Shown here: one piece after another, positions 1 to 13,512 of the stretch | Numbering within the stretch: position 1 is the stretch's first letter | How the letters are laid out: each line of letters begins with the position of its first letter | Source of the DNA: Eledone cirrhosa | Lineage: Eukaryota | Direction: 5' to 3' | Assembly: GCA_964016885.1 (NCBI GenBank) | Contig: OZ024742.1 | Location: 76,632,001-76,696,000 of the forward strand | DNA: 64,000 nt | Notes under the pieces: model-generated | What the model was told of the DNA's origin: nothing | What the model saw: only the letters and a program-made list of their open reading frames with translations | Databases searched by the model: none | Translations under genes and position numbers: made by a program

Positions 1-125
1 GTATTCTTTAGACATTTTAAACCTCCCAGAGCCCATTCACTCCGCGTGACTGAACACAGCCGATATCATCCAGTAAAAGATGAAGGCTGATAGAGTAAAA
101 TACGAGAAAGAGATACATACGCAAA

Positions 126-240
126 ATAGACTCCAGTACAGGACGGGTAAATTTTATCGACCGAGAAATAAAAAAAAAAATGCAACGTTGATAGCTGGCC
201 AATTTGAACTCACAGCCAGGAGAGCCGGATATGATACCAC
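126..240 (-). mobile_element. Degenerate tRNA-derived SINE fragment
   Basis: ttttatcgacc...atttgaactcac resembles the reverse complement of the SINE at 4604-4792; heavily diverged. Confidence 0.45.
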
Positions 241-986
241 AAAGAAGAATTCTCTCTGATCTTCCTAAAATGTTCAGAATCCCCTGGGGACAAAATATAA
301 TACAAAACGAGTAATTGTTTTGAACAGCATTTTGAACAGCAAGCTTATATTTTGTAAATCTCCGTATTAGTACTAATGATATTCTATTTTAATTAAAGGA
401 TTCCTGTTTCAAAGTTTTATTGAGCATGGCAATCGCCCATATTGATTTCATGTTGTAATGGTTGCTTTCTTTTACTGCTGAGGTGAACAGTTCCTGAAAA
501 ATAGAAAAAGAGTGTAAGACATATATAGGCACGTGTGTTTTAGTTATATAGAGATGTAACTGCAATTTGGTGATTATCGATGATGAAATATAGATAGTGT
601 CGACGAAATTTAAATAAGGCTAACTGTTAGAAGTGCCCACAAAACTGCCCATGAGAAAGTAAATAAATGATATATGTGGCCAGTGGGTGGACACGTTAAA
701 ATTTAGAGATCTTTCAAAATCTGTTTGTATTGAAATGTTGAAGGTTTTCATACAAATTATGATTATAGGAGGAGGGCTCTGAAGCTGTTGTTCTGCAGGT
801 CAGGCAGTTTGGACAATAGCCTTTTCAGTATATCCCATTTTTCGGCCAACACAGCCAAATCATGCTCAAACCATCTTTATAGAGTCTATATCGTCATAGG
901 ATCCACAAATCCAAAACGAAATTCGTGCTACTGTCTTTAAGGGTCCACACCACGCTTGCGAGTATAGTGATATCTATCTATCTCTA

Positions 987-1050
<64 letters not shown>

Positions 1051-1560
1051 TATACATACATAGAGGGAGACAGACATAATGATATGGCTGAAATCATTAA
1101 CTATTAATGGATATTCTTAGATATCCTCTCTGCTTTTAATGGAAGGATAGAGACAGGGTTGGTCTTATTATTTTCTTTATTAACATTAATCTGACAGTTC
1201 TATAATTAACAAAGAATATCCAATCCTAAACAACTCCATATATGACAGTTTTAATCAACAAAAAATTGAAGGTGCTCGTCTGGCTATGGTCCGGCCGATT
1301 AATTTTGCCGTCAAGCTATCAAATAATGCACTAGCTAATGTGGTACAGCTACACGATGATTGCATTAATGATTGACTTGTAATAATAGGAATTTGTGATA
1401 TTTTTGAACGCCTGTCGTAATCATTAATTTAATGAGCAGGATAAGAAGAAAGATGATGATAATAATGATGAGGATGACGGTGAAGATGATATTGATGGTA
1501 GCAGTAATGATTGTAGTAGCTAAATTGGAAACAAAGATTATATAAATTCCTCTGTCTCTC

Positions 1561-1620
1561 CTACGGCTGCTGCAACTACTGCTACTACTACTACTACTAC
1601 AGATGCTGCTGCTGTGGCTG

Positions 1621-1668
<48 letters not shown>
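1561..1668. repeat. (CTA/CTG)n trinucleotide microsatellite
   Basis: Direct reading; source of the poly-Ser ORF 1365-1685. Confidence 0.95.
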
Positions 1669-3193
1669 GTTTGTTCTTCTACCATAACCGTATGTTAATG
1701 ATTTTGCTGTTGTTGTTTTTCGTTTCTATTTCTTCATCATCATCATATTATTATTTTTTCTCTTGACTCATGTTACAGATCGCTGTCGTGCGTTTTTGCT
1801 ATTCCGTTTGTTAGATTAATTAACCAGTATCTTCATCAGTTGGTTAGTTTTCCTCACCTGTAGTCTTTAGAAGTTCAAGCTCTGTTTGCAACACCATTTT
1901 GGAAAAATAATATGGTGGACAAAGAGACTTCTTCCACATGACAGAACACTAGGCTGGCCACAGGATGAAAGCAGCAGCAACAATAACAAAAACGCTGCAT
2001 GGTGAAATTTGAAGTGAATTTCCCACAAATATGAAATTCAGCATTCGTGTCACCATTTGAAGAACTACAAAATACAGTGAACACAAGAAAGAACAACACT
2101 ATCGTACTCTCGGCCCCGACCACTACCACCACAAGGCCATCGCCATCACCACTATGAACACGACCACAGCAACAACATATTACAGAAACAAAAACAACCA
2201 TACTCGTAATACAGTCAACGACAATTCAAATAAGAAAAATAACAACAGCAATAAAAAGAACAACAATAACAAAAAATAGCATCAATAACACAACTACTAT
2301 AAGAACGACAACAAAAATACACAACAATAACAGCAACAACAATACATTTTCAGTAACGGCTGCCAAAGGAAGAAAACTATGTATCATAAACATTGTAGAA
2401 AAGACACATGCGGCCAAACGGTTTAAAGTAGACAAATCGTGAACTGACTTGGCCATATCCCACAAAATGCTGGTAGTTACTCAGAAAAAGACTGTAATTT
2501 ATAAATGTGTCCACAAAGGCGAAGCAGTGGTAGTCAACAAATCCGACAGAAGTTGAAAAAGCCCTAAAAGAGGTAATGCCTGACGTACAACACATAACGA
2601 GTTGAAAGCAGTTTGCGGGCATTCCGTGCTCTTTAAGAGTGAAGTCATGACCATTTAACAATCCACGGTAAGCTCTCCTACCCTTATCTAGGAAGAAGGG
2701 CGGTAAGGGTCAACAATTCCGGGATCCCATCAAAGGTTAATAACTGGTGGATATTGCCTCCCTCGTCCTAAAAGCTATAGCCTCCAGGAGAGGAAAGGAA
2801 ATCAACAAGAGCACTGGCTTGAGATTAGTGTAAAGCTACTACTACACAACAAACCAGATGATATCCTTAAGATTTCAGGATTCCTTCACCTTCCAGAAAG
2901 GGTGCATGGTTGATGGCAGAAGGCCTATTTGCCACCTGTGTGGTCAAACTGGTCACAGTTTCTGTCATCAACAGACTACAGGGATCCACATATCCCCTTT
3001 GCTGCTAAAACCAGGACGCTAAAAACCAATAATAAATACAGCGTCACCCATCGCGGTAGCAGAAGCAATATCAACATTAAAACTCACAACAGATGCAGCT
3101 GCACCAACACCAGGAACAATTAAAACACCAACAGCACAAGCACAGCCACAACCATAAGCAGCAGAAAGAAATTCAACAACGTGAAAAATATTA

Positions 3194-3196
<3 letters not shown>

Positions 3197-3274
<78 letters not shown>

Positions 3275-3290
3275 TCTCTCTCTCTCTCTT
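3197..3290. repeat. (CT)n microsatellite
   Basis: Direct reading. Confidence 0.95.
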
Positions 3291-3928
3291 TTCATTCCCT
3301 CTATCTAAACACGAAAACAAACACACTGATGCACATCTGAAACAGATTCCGCAGAGACCGGCACCTCCTCATCTCGAAGTGAAGATGAAGAGGAATACAC
3401 AAGACACAAAAGACATAACAGAAAACAAATATAACATTTTGACTCACAACCACACACCCAAAAAACACAGAAAACACCCACAACAAATACAGATATATTT
3501 ACAAAAAGACTACAACCGTCAACGCAACCATATACCACCAGGAACACTACAACAGTCACAACTACTGACAAAACTAACACACCCAAAACAACAATAGTGG
3601 TGTCAGATAGGCATTTCGTACAACAGATGACTTATTCAACCAACAACACTTTAAGGCTAACAAATTTACATGAACATGTGTTATTCGTAATTTACTGTTT
3701 ACTGATTAAAATAGCAAGAGGCCGGACTGTTGAAAATCCTTAAAATTGTCATTGTTGCAAAAACACTATATATATTTCAGTGGACTGTTTACGTAATTAC
3801 GTAATTATTGCATAATTGGTTAATCAATAAAGGAATTACATCAAACACAAACAGAGTAAATATAAACAGAAAAAAAGTATTCGATTCGGAGATGGCCTCC
3901 GAAGTAGATGTTATTGTTGCTAAGGATA

Positions 3929-3982
<54 letters not shown>

Positions 3983-4603
3983 CAAGAATAATCAAGACAA
4001 ACACCGATGTCAAAACTCAAAGTTTTATAATATTTACGCTTTGGGAAGAAATATATAGTTATTTGTTTATTCATGTAAGAAAGAAATATATTTTCCTTCG
4101 GCGTTTCGTTCTATAAGATTTGTTCATATGTTTGTGAAGTTGAAGGGAGGCCAGGTCGGTGAAGGACAATTGCGATATCTGGATTCTTACTTGCTTAAAT
4201 CGGAGTGAGGATATTGTATGAAGGCGGTTGTAATGTTGAGCACAAATTAAGATACATATACGATATGTTGAGTGTGGATTACGTTATATATGCGTGATGG
4301 AATTATCTAAAATGTAAGGAATTTAGAAATACATTTCATAGCAGATACGTAGGAGGGAAATAACACGCGTAACAGTAGTAGACCGAGGAATACGAAGAGG
4401 AATGAATAGATAGGGAGGTAATTATATACTTACATTCTTTTGAATTACTTTTCTCAGGTACAAGTAGAATTTTACAATTAGGTAATATATGGCTTTCGAA
4501 GTTTTGCATTTACTTAATCCAACGGTGCTAGTATTTCAATGGCAGTATTGGTTGTGTAATAGTTTAGGATTCTGTTAGGATTCTATTATTCTGTGAAGAC
4601 TAT

Positions 4604-4792
4604 TAGGGTGGTGGATTGGCAGTATCGGTAGAGGGGCGGACGCCATGCTTTGACGCATAGAGTTACGGCCCTTGTCATTCTGCGTTCAAATCCCGCCGAG
4701 GTTAACTTTGCCTTTCATCCTTACGGGGTCGATAAAATAAAGTACCAGTAATGTACTGGATAATTGCTGGCCTTGTGCCAAAAGTAGAAACA
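4604..4792 (+). mobile_element. tRNA-derived SINE, full length, with 19-bp TSD
   Basis: A-box-like tggcagtatcgg, B-box gttcaaatcc, central gcctttcatccttacggggtcgataaaataaagtaccag; flanked by attattctgtgaagactat at 4585-4603 and 4793-4811; further copies at 28429 and 62562. Confidence 0.9.
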
Positions 4793-4984
4793 ATTATTCT
4801 GTGAAGACTATGATCCAAAGTGTGTAGGATTATGAACTTTCAATGATTCTTCATCTTACATTGACGTTTTAGTGTTTAGTCTACTGATGTAGAAAAGTGA
4901 TATTGTTGTGTTCCTTCTTCCTCCACTTTGTAATATGGTTGCATGGTTATACAATAATTTGTTAAATGTCCTTTACTGGTGACA

Positions 4985-5105
4985 TTTATATTGAGTTTTA
5001 AGGAAATATCCTCTGAATGATATTTATGTTGAGTTTTAAGGAAGTATCCTATGAATGATATTTATGTTGAGTTTTAAGGAAGTATCCTATGAATGATATT
5101 TATGC
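4985..5105. repeat. 38-bp tandem repeat, about 3 copies
   Basis: Unit tttatgttgagttttaaggaagtatcctatgaatgata. Confidence 0.85.
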
Positions 5106-5994
5106 TGAATATTTGTTTGCATTTCAATTGTAATTAACTTATCACTAACATATTCATTTAATGCCGAACGGCCTTGGAGCTAAAACAAGGATGCTTAATG
5201 TTAAAAGACAGGGTGGCCTTTCAATTAAATGTTAGCAGATAATAACAATAAACTTATAAATATAAGAAAGCGGAACTCGCAAGTTTGTGAGGATTTGGGG
5301 CTTGGCAAATTGTGTAAAAGTTTGAGATTATATAGTTTTGCATTCACTACTAAATGTGTGGGAGGTTAATCGATATTATAATCTAGTATCATAGGATTTT
5401 TTGGTGACTTACCACAGGTTAAACATGATCAAATAGACCCATGTTCAACATATTGTATCTTTACATAGCCTGTGTATTGACATATGGTGTAATAATGAGC
5501 ATATTATAACACATTGCCTTCTTTAATTTGAGAAGCATGAAATATATGTTTAACTTCCTCATTACAATTTCCAGAACTTACAACAATAGATTAACAACAA
5601 TAAACTAAGTAAACACTCCACATTAAACCACGCCTGGATTAGAACAAAAAAAAACGTATTCTCATAACATCCTTATACTTTTAATGGCTGTGTACAGCAT
5701 CGACGTAACAACATGCACCACAGTAAATGTTATTTGTATTCCAGGTTAACATTAAGTTTATGGAATTGTCAACAATTCCCAGTTTAGAAACCTTACATAC
5801 CACACATAGATTATTGCAAAGCAAATAACACACTTTTTCGCCACCACTTTGTGTTGGTGTCAGGAAGGTCGCTTTTACTGTTTACAATAATCATTCCGAG
5901 TAAACGCTATTTATGCTGTAAGAGATATATTTCCTATTTTAACATAATATAAACTGTTTTCGCATATTAGAGAATGTAGCACACACACACGTAC

Positions 5995-6030
5995 ACATAT
6001 ATATGTATATACATACATATGGTTATATAT

Positions 6031-6096
<66 letters not shown>

Positions 6097-6119
6097 ACGT
6101 ACATCTATATATATATATG

Positions 6120-6167
<48 letters not shown>

Positions 6168-6230
6168 GTACATGTACATCTATATATATATGTAATATAT
6201 ATTGATTATATATATATATATATTATATTT

Positions 6231-6306
<76 letters not shown>
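5995..6306. repeat. Long interrupted (TA)n tract, one of dozens in the window
   Basis: Direct reading; similar tracts near 990, 3931, 8540, 8940, 15880, 16470, 20575-20990, 22620, 26000, 31385, 33840, 38620, 39060, 48400 and 58740. Confidence 0.95.
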
Positions 6307-6314
<8 letters not shown>

Positions 6315-6945
6315 ATAAATATATTCATATTAAAAAGCGAGATAGAGAGATATATATTTATTTCAAATGCCGAGGGAAATATATTTTTCTTTCAGAAAGA
6401 AAATTAGAATAAAATATAAATACAGGAAGAATTAAATTAGGAATGTTATCGCTACATTCCTGCTAGACTTATACAAATTACTGAAATGAAAAATAGATAT
6501 ACACCAGCGAAGATGTTATCAGTATGATGAGACAGACGTTTATTCACGAGACGCCATAGATTCATGATTGTTTCCAAATATATTGTAGGTAGAAACACTT
6601 GACTAATAAACCTTATGTATATATAAGATATGTGTACAGAAATACTAACGTTATAATATTCTCCAGAATACAGGAGAAAAATAACATAAAAGTCATCTGG
6701 GTTTTGATAGTTTAATATAGATTATTCCTACCCGTGTAGTTATACACACACACATGAGTGTACACGTTAAAAATGCATGATACGTATGAAATCAACAGGA
6801 ATATTTCATGCGCATGAAACAACTTTCGTTCTGTAGAAGCTATTTCCTATAAAATAATTCTACTTATTCAAAATTGAGACATTGGTCACCTTATTTAACA
6901 GGGGTTTTTTTACTGATCTTTTTCGGAATAACGTTCTTACATATA

Positions 6946-7086
6946 TAGTCCAGAATTAGCCGTCGAAACTGCTTGAGCTCTGCCGTCGGGGTTATACTTG
7001 TTCCTATTACCCACTCTAATACCTTAAGTATTGAGTAGTTTGGTGCGTTATGGTCCATCTGGTTCCTTACCACATTTCCTTCGTTA
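6946..7086 (+). mobile_element. 3'-terminal remnant of the PLE family seen at 33953-38617 (half HHR plus tail)
   Basis: agtccagaattagccgtcgaaac...ccttaccacatttccttcgtt matches 38559-38617 and the reverse complement of 33953-34092; ends in (TA)n. Confidence 0.85.
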
Positions 7087-7179
7087 TATATATATATACA
7101 AGCACACATATACACGCATACACACGCACACGCACACACACACATCACTCACATATATATACGCACACACGACACACGA

Positions 7180-7221
<42 letters not shown>

Positions 7222-8535
7222 TATATATATACAATTATTACATATGCATATATATATATATATATACAGAGTTATTAATGAACAAATCAGTAAATATATA
7301 GATGTACGGAACATAGTTGACTATGTTTTTGATGAGCCACGATATACAACGCAACGTCTAATAATTTCTTTTGTCCAGAAATCTTGAGGTGTGTATGACA
7401 TTAAATAAATATAGATCACGTGTCCCATAGGGTATTATTTCATCAGACCACGACATAACAATTCTTGAAACCATATTATATACATTTCGCCAAAAAAAGC
7501 CATAGGAAATAATAGGAAATTAAGAAGTCAGATTAGATTTCATCTCGAAAGCCATTGAGCAATGTAGGGAAAAGAAAATTAACGTCTCTAGATTAGAAAA
7601 TTAGACATTTTATGCGCTAGTCTGTGGTTCCTAGTAGAAGAAATATAACTCAATGTACAAGCGATAATTCTAACGTCATTTTAGAGAATACATTGCTGGT
7701 GAGTGAAAATATGATCTCTATGTTTATATTATTGTATGTAACACATCATAAGCGTATTACAAACAATCTATATTTTAAATATTTCCCATCACTAAATCCG
7801 CCCAACAACCAAAACCAGTGAGGAAGAACTCTCCTTAAATCGTGAGACATATCGGAATTACAACATATTTCACGAAATTACAGAATTACAAGTTATATTT
7901 AACATACAGTATATTAACTTTGCTTCAATCGAGTAAGTTATAAATTCACTGGTGAAATAAGGCGAGGGTTTTACTAGCTATAGTTACAAATTTCAACGGT
8001 TTGCAAAGGAGACCTTTTTTCATAAACTTAATACAAATTCTCTTAAACATATTGAAGTATATTTTGTTTAATATAATATGTACTATTTAACATATTTCCT
8101 CTGATTAAGGAGAATGTCTCGAAATCAGTGATATGAGTATGCATACAAAATGTCCATGGATCTTGCAGAAGTTTTAGTTCCCTTCTTATGACATATATGG
8201 CCTCAACTAGATTTTCACATAATTAAAATTAAGTAGCCACAATTGGTATTTTTCATCATTTGTTGGAATAGAGAGTAATTTCTTTCTAGTGACATAAAAA
8301 TGATCTGCTGATTCATGTTAAACATTTAAGAAAGAAATGGTAGAGAAGAAACGAACAAGACCGAAACAAGAACCTGGATAGAAAATTAAAATAGTACAGA
8401 CCAGTTGGGATTAAAAATGCTACATGCTGTCGAATGAAAGGTTGATATTTATAACAGAATTGAAGGAACGAATTAAGTGATTTTATGAGGAAAATTAAAT
8501 GGGAAACGATCCGTGTATGTAGAGATGTACTGTGT

Positions 8536-8597
<62 letters not shown>

Positions 8598-8925
8598 TAT
8601 GTATACGTACATACATATATGTATACAGACGTACAGTAGTATGTATATAGACACATGCAAACATGTATATGTACGTATGGGTTTACCGAACATTTATTAT
8701 AATTCTCCGTTTGTTTGTAAACAAACAGCCCGAATTATTAGCCGTAGAGTGTTCGGCAACCATCGTTGCCCTTTCGTTCAACACTGACAAAGGAACGATG
8801 ACCTAGTTTCAAGCTATTACATACTACTTTACGTCTGTATACACATTTGTATGCAGGTATACATACTTATATTTAAGTATCAGCCGTACTAAGAGTGAGA
8901 AATTATATTTCATTTTGATATAAAA

Positions 8926-9028
<103 letters not shown>

Positions 9029-9029
9029 T

Positions 9030-9390
9030 AAAATAACAGATTAAAGTTTAAGCAAAGAATCGCTGCTTTCACCCTTAACGGGATCTTCTGAAACTAACAA
9101 AGTCAAGTGTTTTCCCGTTCTTTGCCAGGGAACGTTTCCACGAACCAAAGTACCGGCTTCCGGTCTTCCTCCGGTTGCAACGTTTTTTGAAATATTCACT
9201 TCTGCGTTCACAGATTGACTTTGTTAGTTTCAGAAGATCCCGTTAAGGGTGAAAGCAGCGATTATTTGCTTAAACTTTAATCTGTTATTTTGATTAATAT
9301 TTGCTCTACGGTTCTTATATATTTGATATATATTTATTCTTATCGAGCCCTCATTGGATTTTAGTCTTCAAATTTATTATTATTACTATA
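9030..9390 (+). mobile_element. Small fold-back PLE-derived element (about 77-bp inverted arms, HHR-like motif in each arm) in (TA)n
   Basis: 9030-9106 is the reverse complement of 9215-9291; same family at 54166-54390 and 32053-32140. Confidence 0.75.
9227..9275 (+). ncRNA. Hammerhead-like motif with CAGAAGA core
   Basis: Stem I gttt/aaac; CAGAAGA; stem II ccc-gttaa-ggg; GAAA; stem III gca/tgc; CUU triplet; mirror copy 9046-9094 on minus strand. Confidence 0.55.
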
Positions 9391-9489
9391 TATATATATA
9401 TATACATTTTTCTATTCTTTTCACTTATCTTTTTTATTGCTTGTCTCGCTAGCTCTTAAAGTCTAAAGTCTGTCTTACGCCAGAGGTCT

Positions 9490-9602
9490 CATTTGGTGAG
9501 AGCTTATCCCGGTTTCATGGCGTTAAACGACTGAGCGTGCAAGACACCCTCTGGACAGGATACCAGTCATTCACAGGGTTAAACACCCAATTATTGCTGG
9601 TA

Positions 9603-9605
<3 letters not shown>
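9490..9605 (-). mobile_element. Probable SINE/LINE-tail fragment
   Basis: cccggtttcatggcgttaaacgactgag...cagggtt...gctggtact resembles widespread metazoan SINE body sequence (recall only). Confidence 0.35.
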
Positions 9606-9650
<45 letters not shown>

Positions 9651-10614
9651 CATATTTATTTTATTATATATATTTCAAGGGTATCAAAATTTTGGCACGC
9701 ACTCATCAGATAAAATACAAAAGTTCTTTTACAGATAGTGATATATCAAAAAACAAGAGGTATATATAATATAATAAATATGGTTTTATAAAGATAGTTT
9801 CCATTTATTAATATTATTGATATTATAATCCAGAAGAATTCTGTAGAGTATAATAACCAACAAATTAAATAATTCATTGCTTATATATATATATATATAA
9901 ATTTAGGAAAATTAACTTATAGAGGACGAGGCAACATAACGAAAGCAGTGCAAAACGAAAAGGGTAATCCGGCATTGATATGGACTTACAGTGATATGGC
10001 CTTTGCACACGGAAGTGCGAGTTGACCCGGTGTCACATTGTCTAATAAAGCCAAATCGCTGCCCAATGGAGTAAAGGACAAGAGAAAAAATAAATTTTAG
10101 CAATTAATCCATGTAAAGTATACATAGACTTTTATGTGACCTCTGGGAGAACGTATTGCGCCTTTATGGCATCAACATCTCACGGGTGAAAAACGAAAAA
10201 GGAAGAAAGTGGAAATGGAAGAAAGGAAAGGAAAAAGGAAGGCAGAAAAAAGGAAGAGGAAGGAAGAAAGGCAACAAGAAGGAAGTAACATAAGGTGTTA
10301 AAAAATGTAAGCAATTGAATTTAACGAAAGAAGAGAGAAAACGATCGTCACAGATTAGTAATGATAAACATAGGTAAATTAACAGAGAGTGGACAAGACA
10401 GCGAATGAAAACAGGGCAAAATGTAAAACAACTTTTTAAGGGGAAACCTTTTCAAAATAAAAATACAAACGAAAGACACGCATATACATGTGTGTGTACG
10501 TGCATACGCGTGTTTATATATATGTTTGTGTATATATATATATATGAATATATATATGAATATATATATATATGAATATATATATATATGAATATATATG
10601 TAAATATATATACA

Positions 10615-10645
10615 AGTGTGTGTGTGTGTTTGTGTGTGGGTGTAT

Positions 10646-10717
<72 letters not shown>

Positions 10718-10730
10718 GCGTGTGTGTCTG
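10615..10730. repeat. (GT)n microsatellite
   Basis: Direct reading. Confidence 0.95.
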
Positions 10731-12018
10731 TAAGTAAATACAAAGGAAGCAAAGATATTAGAAAATAAATAAAGTGAAATATCATCCTGAATCTATATCA
10801 TGTCATTCATATATATAATACGTTATTTATATAGCATTATCTGAAAGTATCAAATTCATCTGTTTAAATATATGCTAGGCTCGCTTATATACACATAATG
10901 TTCAAATTATTATTAAATACTTAAAATATGTGAAGACATTTTTGAATTCATTAGGATATTTGAAAATAAATTTAGAAACATTCTCCAAATATTTATTTCT
11001 GTTAAGTATCTAAACTTTAATATGATAGGTCATTAAGCGAATTTCAATAATCCCAGTATCTAAATTGTTCTTATTTTCTACAATGCAGATTAGCAACTAA
11101 ATTCAGAGTTAGATATGTATAATCATATTAGAGGAATTTAGAAACACTAAATATTTCTAAAATCGATAAAAAATTCAATTTCAATGAAAAGTAAAGTGAG
11201 TGACCTAAATTAACTATTTTTAAATATGACTGTTATAACATTTCAATTTTAACTTGGAAAATAAAATACCGTTTTAATAACTATAATTAAATGAAGTTTG
11301 AACAGAGCAAAATGACTAGATGGTATAATATAGAGAAATATTGCATATCACTAAGGCAGAAACAGAAAAACAAAAAACAATTCCAGGATAAAAACGGTAA
11401 TATATGTTATAGAATATAAAAGGAAAACAACCCAAGAAATTGTAGAAACAAATGATGCAAGTATATATATTTTTTTTGTTATTTTTATTATATTTGTGTT
11501 ATATGGATTCGTTTCTGAGGCGGCAGTAATAAAATTTCTGAAGAATGGATTAAAATCGATAACTATGTTTTAGATTCTATGTTAATTTTAGAGAAAAATA
11601 TGAAACGCTAATACACATTCACAGAGGTATCGAAAATAACATTTAAATACTAATATTTAAACTATAAATGTAATAAATGAAATTATGCAAAGCTGCAACT
11701 GATATATTGATCTTTAGTTCTTTCCTTAACAGAATATATTTGGCGTTTCTTGAATGCTGTATTGGAACACTGAAAATTATTTCAAAGAGTTTCATTTGAT
11801 ACCACAGACTGTGAAGAATGAGTCAAATGAAGTAGCGATGTATTGAATGTAAACCAATAGAAAACAATAGACAGCATTGTTTTCAATGTATTATTGTTGT
11901 TATGGTTACAGTTGCTGTAGTTATTTTCTCATTGTTGTTTATGTCGATAATATTAGTTATATAATTTTTTTTATCACAGTTCTGATGCGGAATCTGAATT
12001 CATAATTAACATTATTAC

Positions 12019-12059
<41 letters not shown>

Positions 12060-13479
12060 GTTAAATTGTTAGGGGTCTGGTTCGCTCCGGACCTCCAGAC
12101 GTACAAAACCTGGGACGAGGTGACGAGCAGGGTGGCTTCTCTCACCCAGAAATGTGCGGAGAGGAAGCTATCCCTGAACGGTCGAGCGGAGGTGGCTAAC
12201 GCGTACATCGAGTCCGTCATCAACTACCGCCTATCCGTCGTGCCTTGTCCTAAGCCTCGCCTGACTGCGCTGGAGCGTTTGCTCTTTCACTTTATGTGGA
12301 AGGGACGCGTTCCGATGGTCAGGCGATCCATCTGCTGACAACACCCGCTACATGAAGGGCTGGGCATTCCGTGGCTAATGATGCGCAAATCCGAGCTCAG
12401 GCTACGACATCTCCACCTCTTCCTCAACGGTGATCAGGTGTGGTCGCGGTTTGCTAGACGCGTTTTCCCCAGCTCATATCCTTGACGGAGCTGCAGTCCT
12501 GGGTCAAGCGAAGACCGAGAGGGAGCGCTTTGAGACTGGAATGTCTTCAGGCGCTCACAGCCCTCGACCAATCGGGCAATGTGTTCGGTGGAAACTCCAC
12601 CTTGGCGTTCTCGAGAGGATTAGTGCAAGGGAAGAGCGACGACGTACTTGGGGAAAATCTAGACGTCGACGAAAGTCAACTAGCCAATCTCTTTGGAAGA
12701 ACTATCGGGCCGGGGCCTATGGACAACTTCCAGAAATCCCTGGCCTGGCAGTGCTACCGAGGAGCTTTGCCAGTTCGGGATAAACTCTACAGGCATGGAG
12801 GTGCCGTCACCCGGGCATGTCCGAGATGCGCGCAGGGCGTCGAAACCGTCCTGCATGCACTCGTCCAGTGTCCGAGCATTGCTGACTTGTGGGTTTATGT
12901 CGAACACCTGCTGTCGCGTGTGGAACGGATCCGACTATCAGCTGAGTCCTTCGTGAGGATTGCCCCGCCCTCTTCCTTTAGCCGGAAGGGCAGTTTGTAG
13001 CTGTCTGGTCGCCATGGCGAAAGAGATAGTATGGTGGACGCGTCTGAAAGTACTGAAGACGAGCACTTACCTCTTCGGTGATGCCCTGATTAACTTTTTC
13101 CAATTTCATTTGAAAACGAAAATCAGGGTAGAGAGGGAGGTGCTCTCTTCCCAGCTTTTTGTTGAACGATGGGTGAGAGAGGCAATAATGGCCCGAGTGA
13201 GTGGACCTACTCTGTGTATATGCCTGTAAATTGAAGGTGGAAAACTGGGAGAGGACAATTGCCCTGGTGGTCAGGGTCACCGTGGCTTTTTTTAATGGGC
13301 TTTCTCCATGATGGCCCTCGGAACTCTCCCTCCTATTGAGGAATGTTTCATTGTTCTTTTATTACATCCTGTTTTTTTTTGTTTTTTACACGCAGAAATG
13401 CACATTTGTACCGTCCTATATTGTCATGTACTGTCCTTAACGTCTACTTTGTGTAAACCCTTGTGGTTAATAAAGAACG

Positions 13480-13480
<1 letters not shown>
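12060..13480 (+). mobile_element. 5'-truncated Tx1/L1-clade non-LTR retrotransposon (ORF2 C-terminus, disrupted)
   Basis: LGVWF, LSLNGR, FMWKG, EGLG and CCHC knuckle CPRC-x5-ETVLHALVQC; GC-rich island between (ATT)n tracts; ends aataaagaacgc(att)n. Confidence 0.85.

Positions 13481-13512
<32 letters not shown>

Noticed and set aside
4985-5105. 38-bp repeats (also 59640-59760) as a CRISPR array
   Set aside because: Head-to-tail with no unique spacers; eukaryotic context
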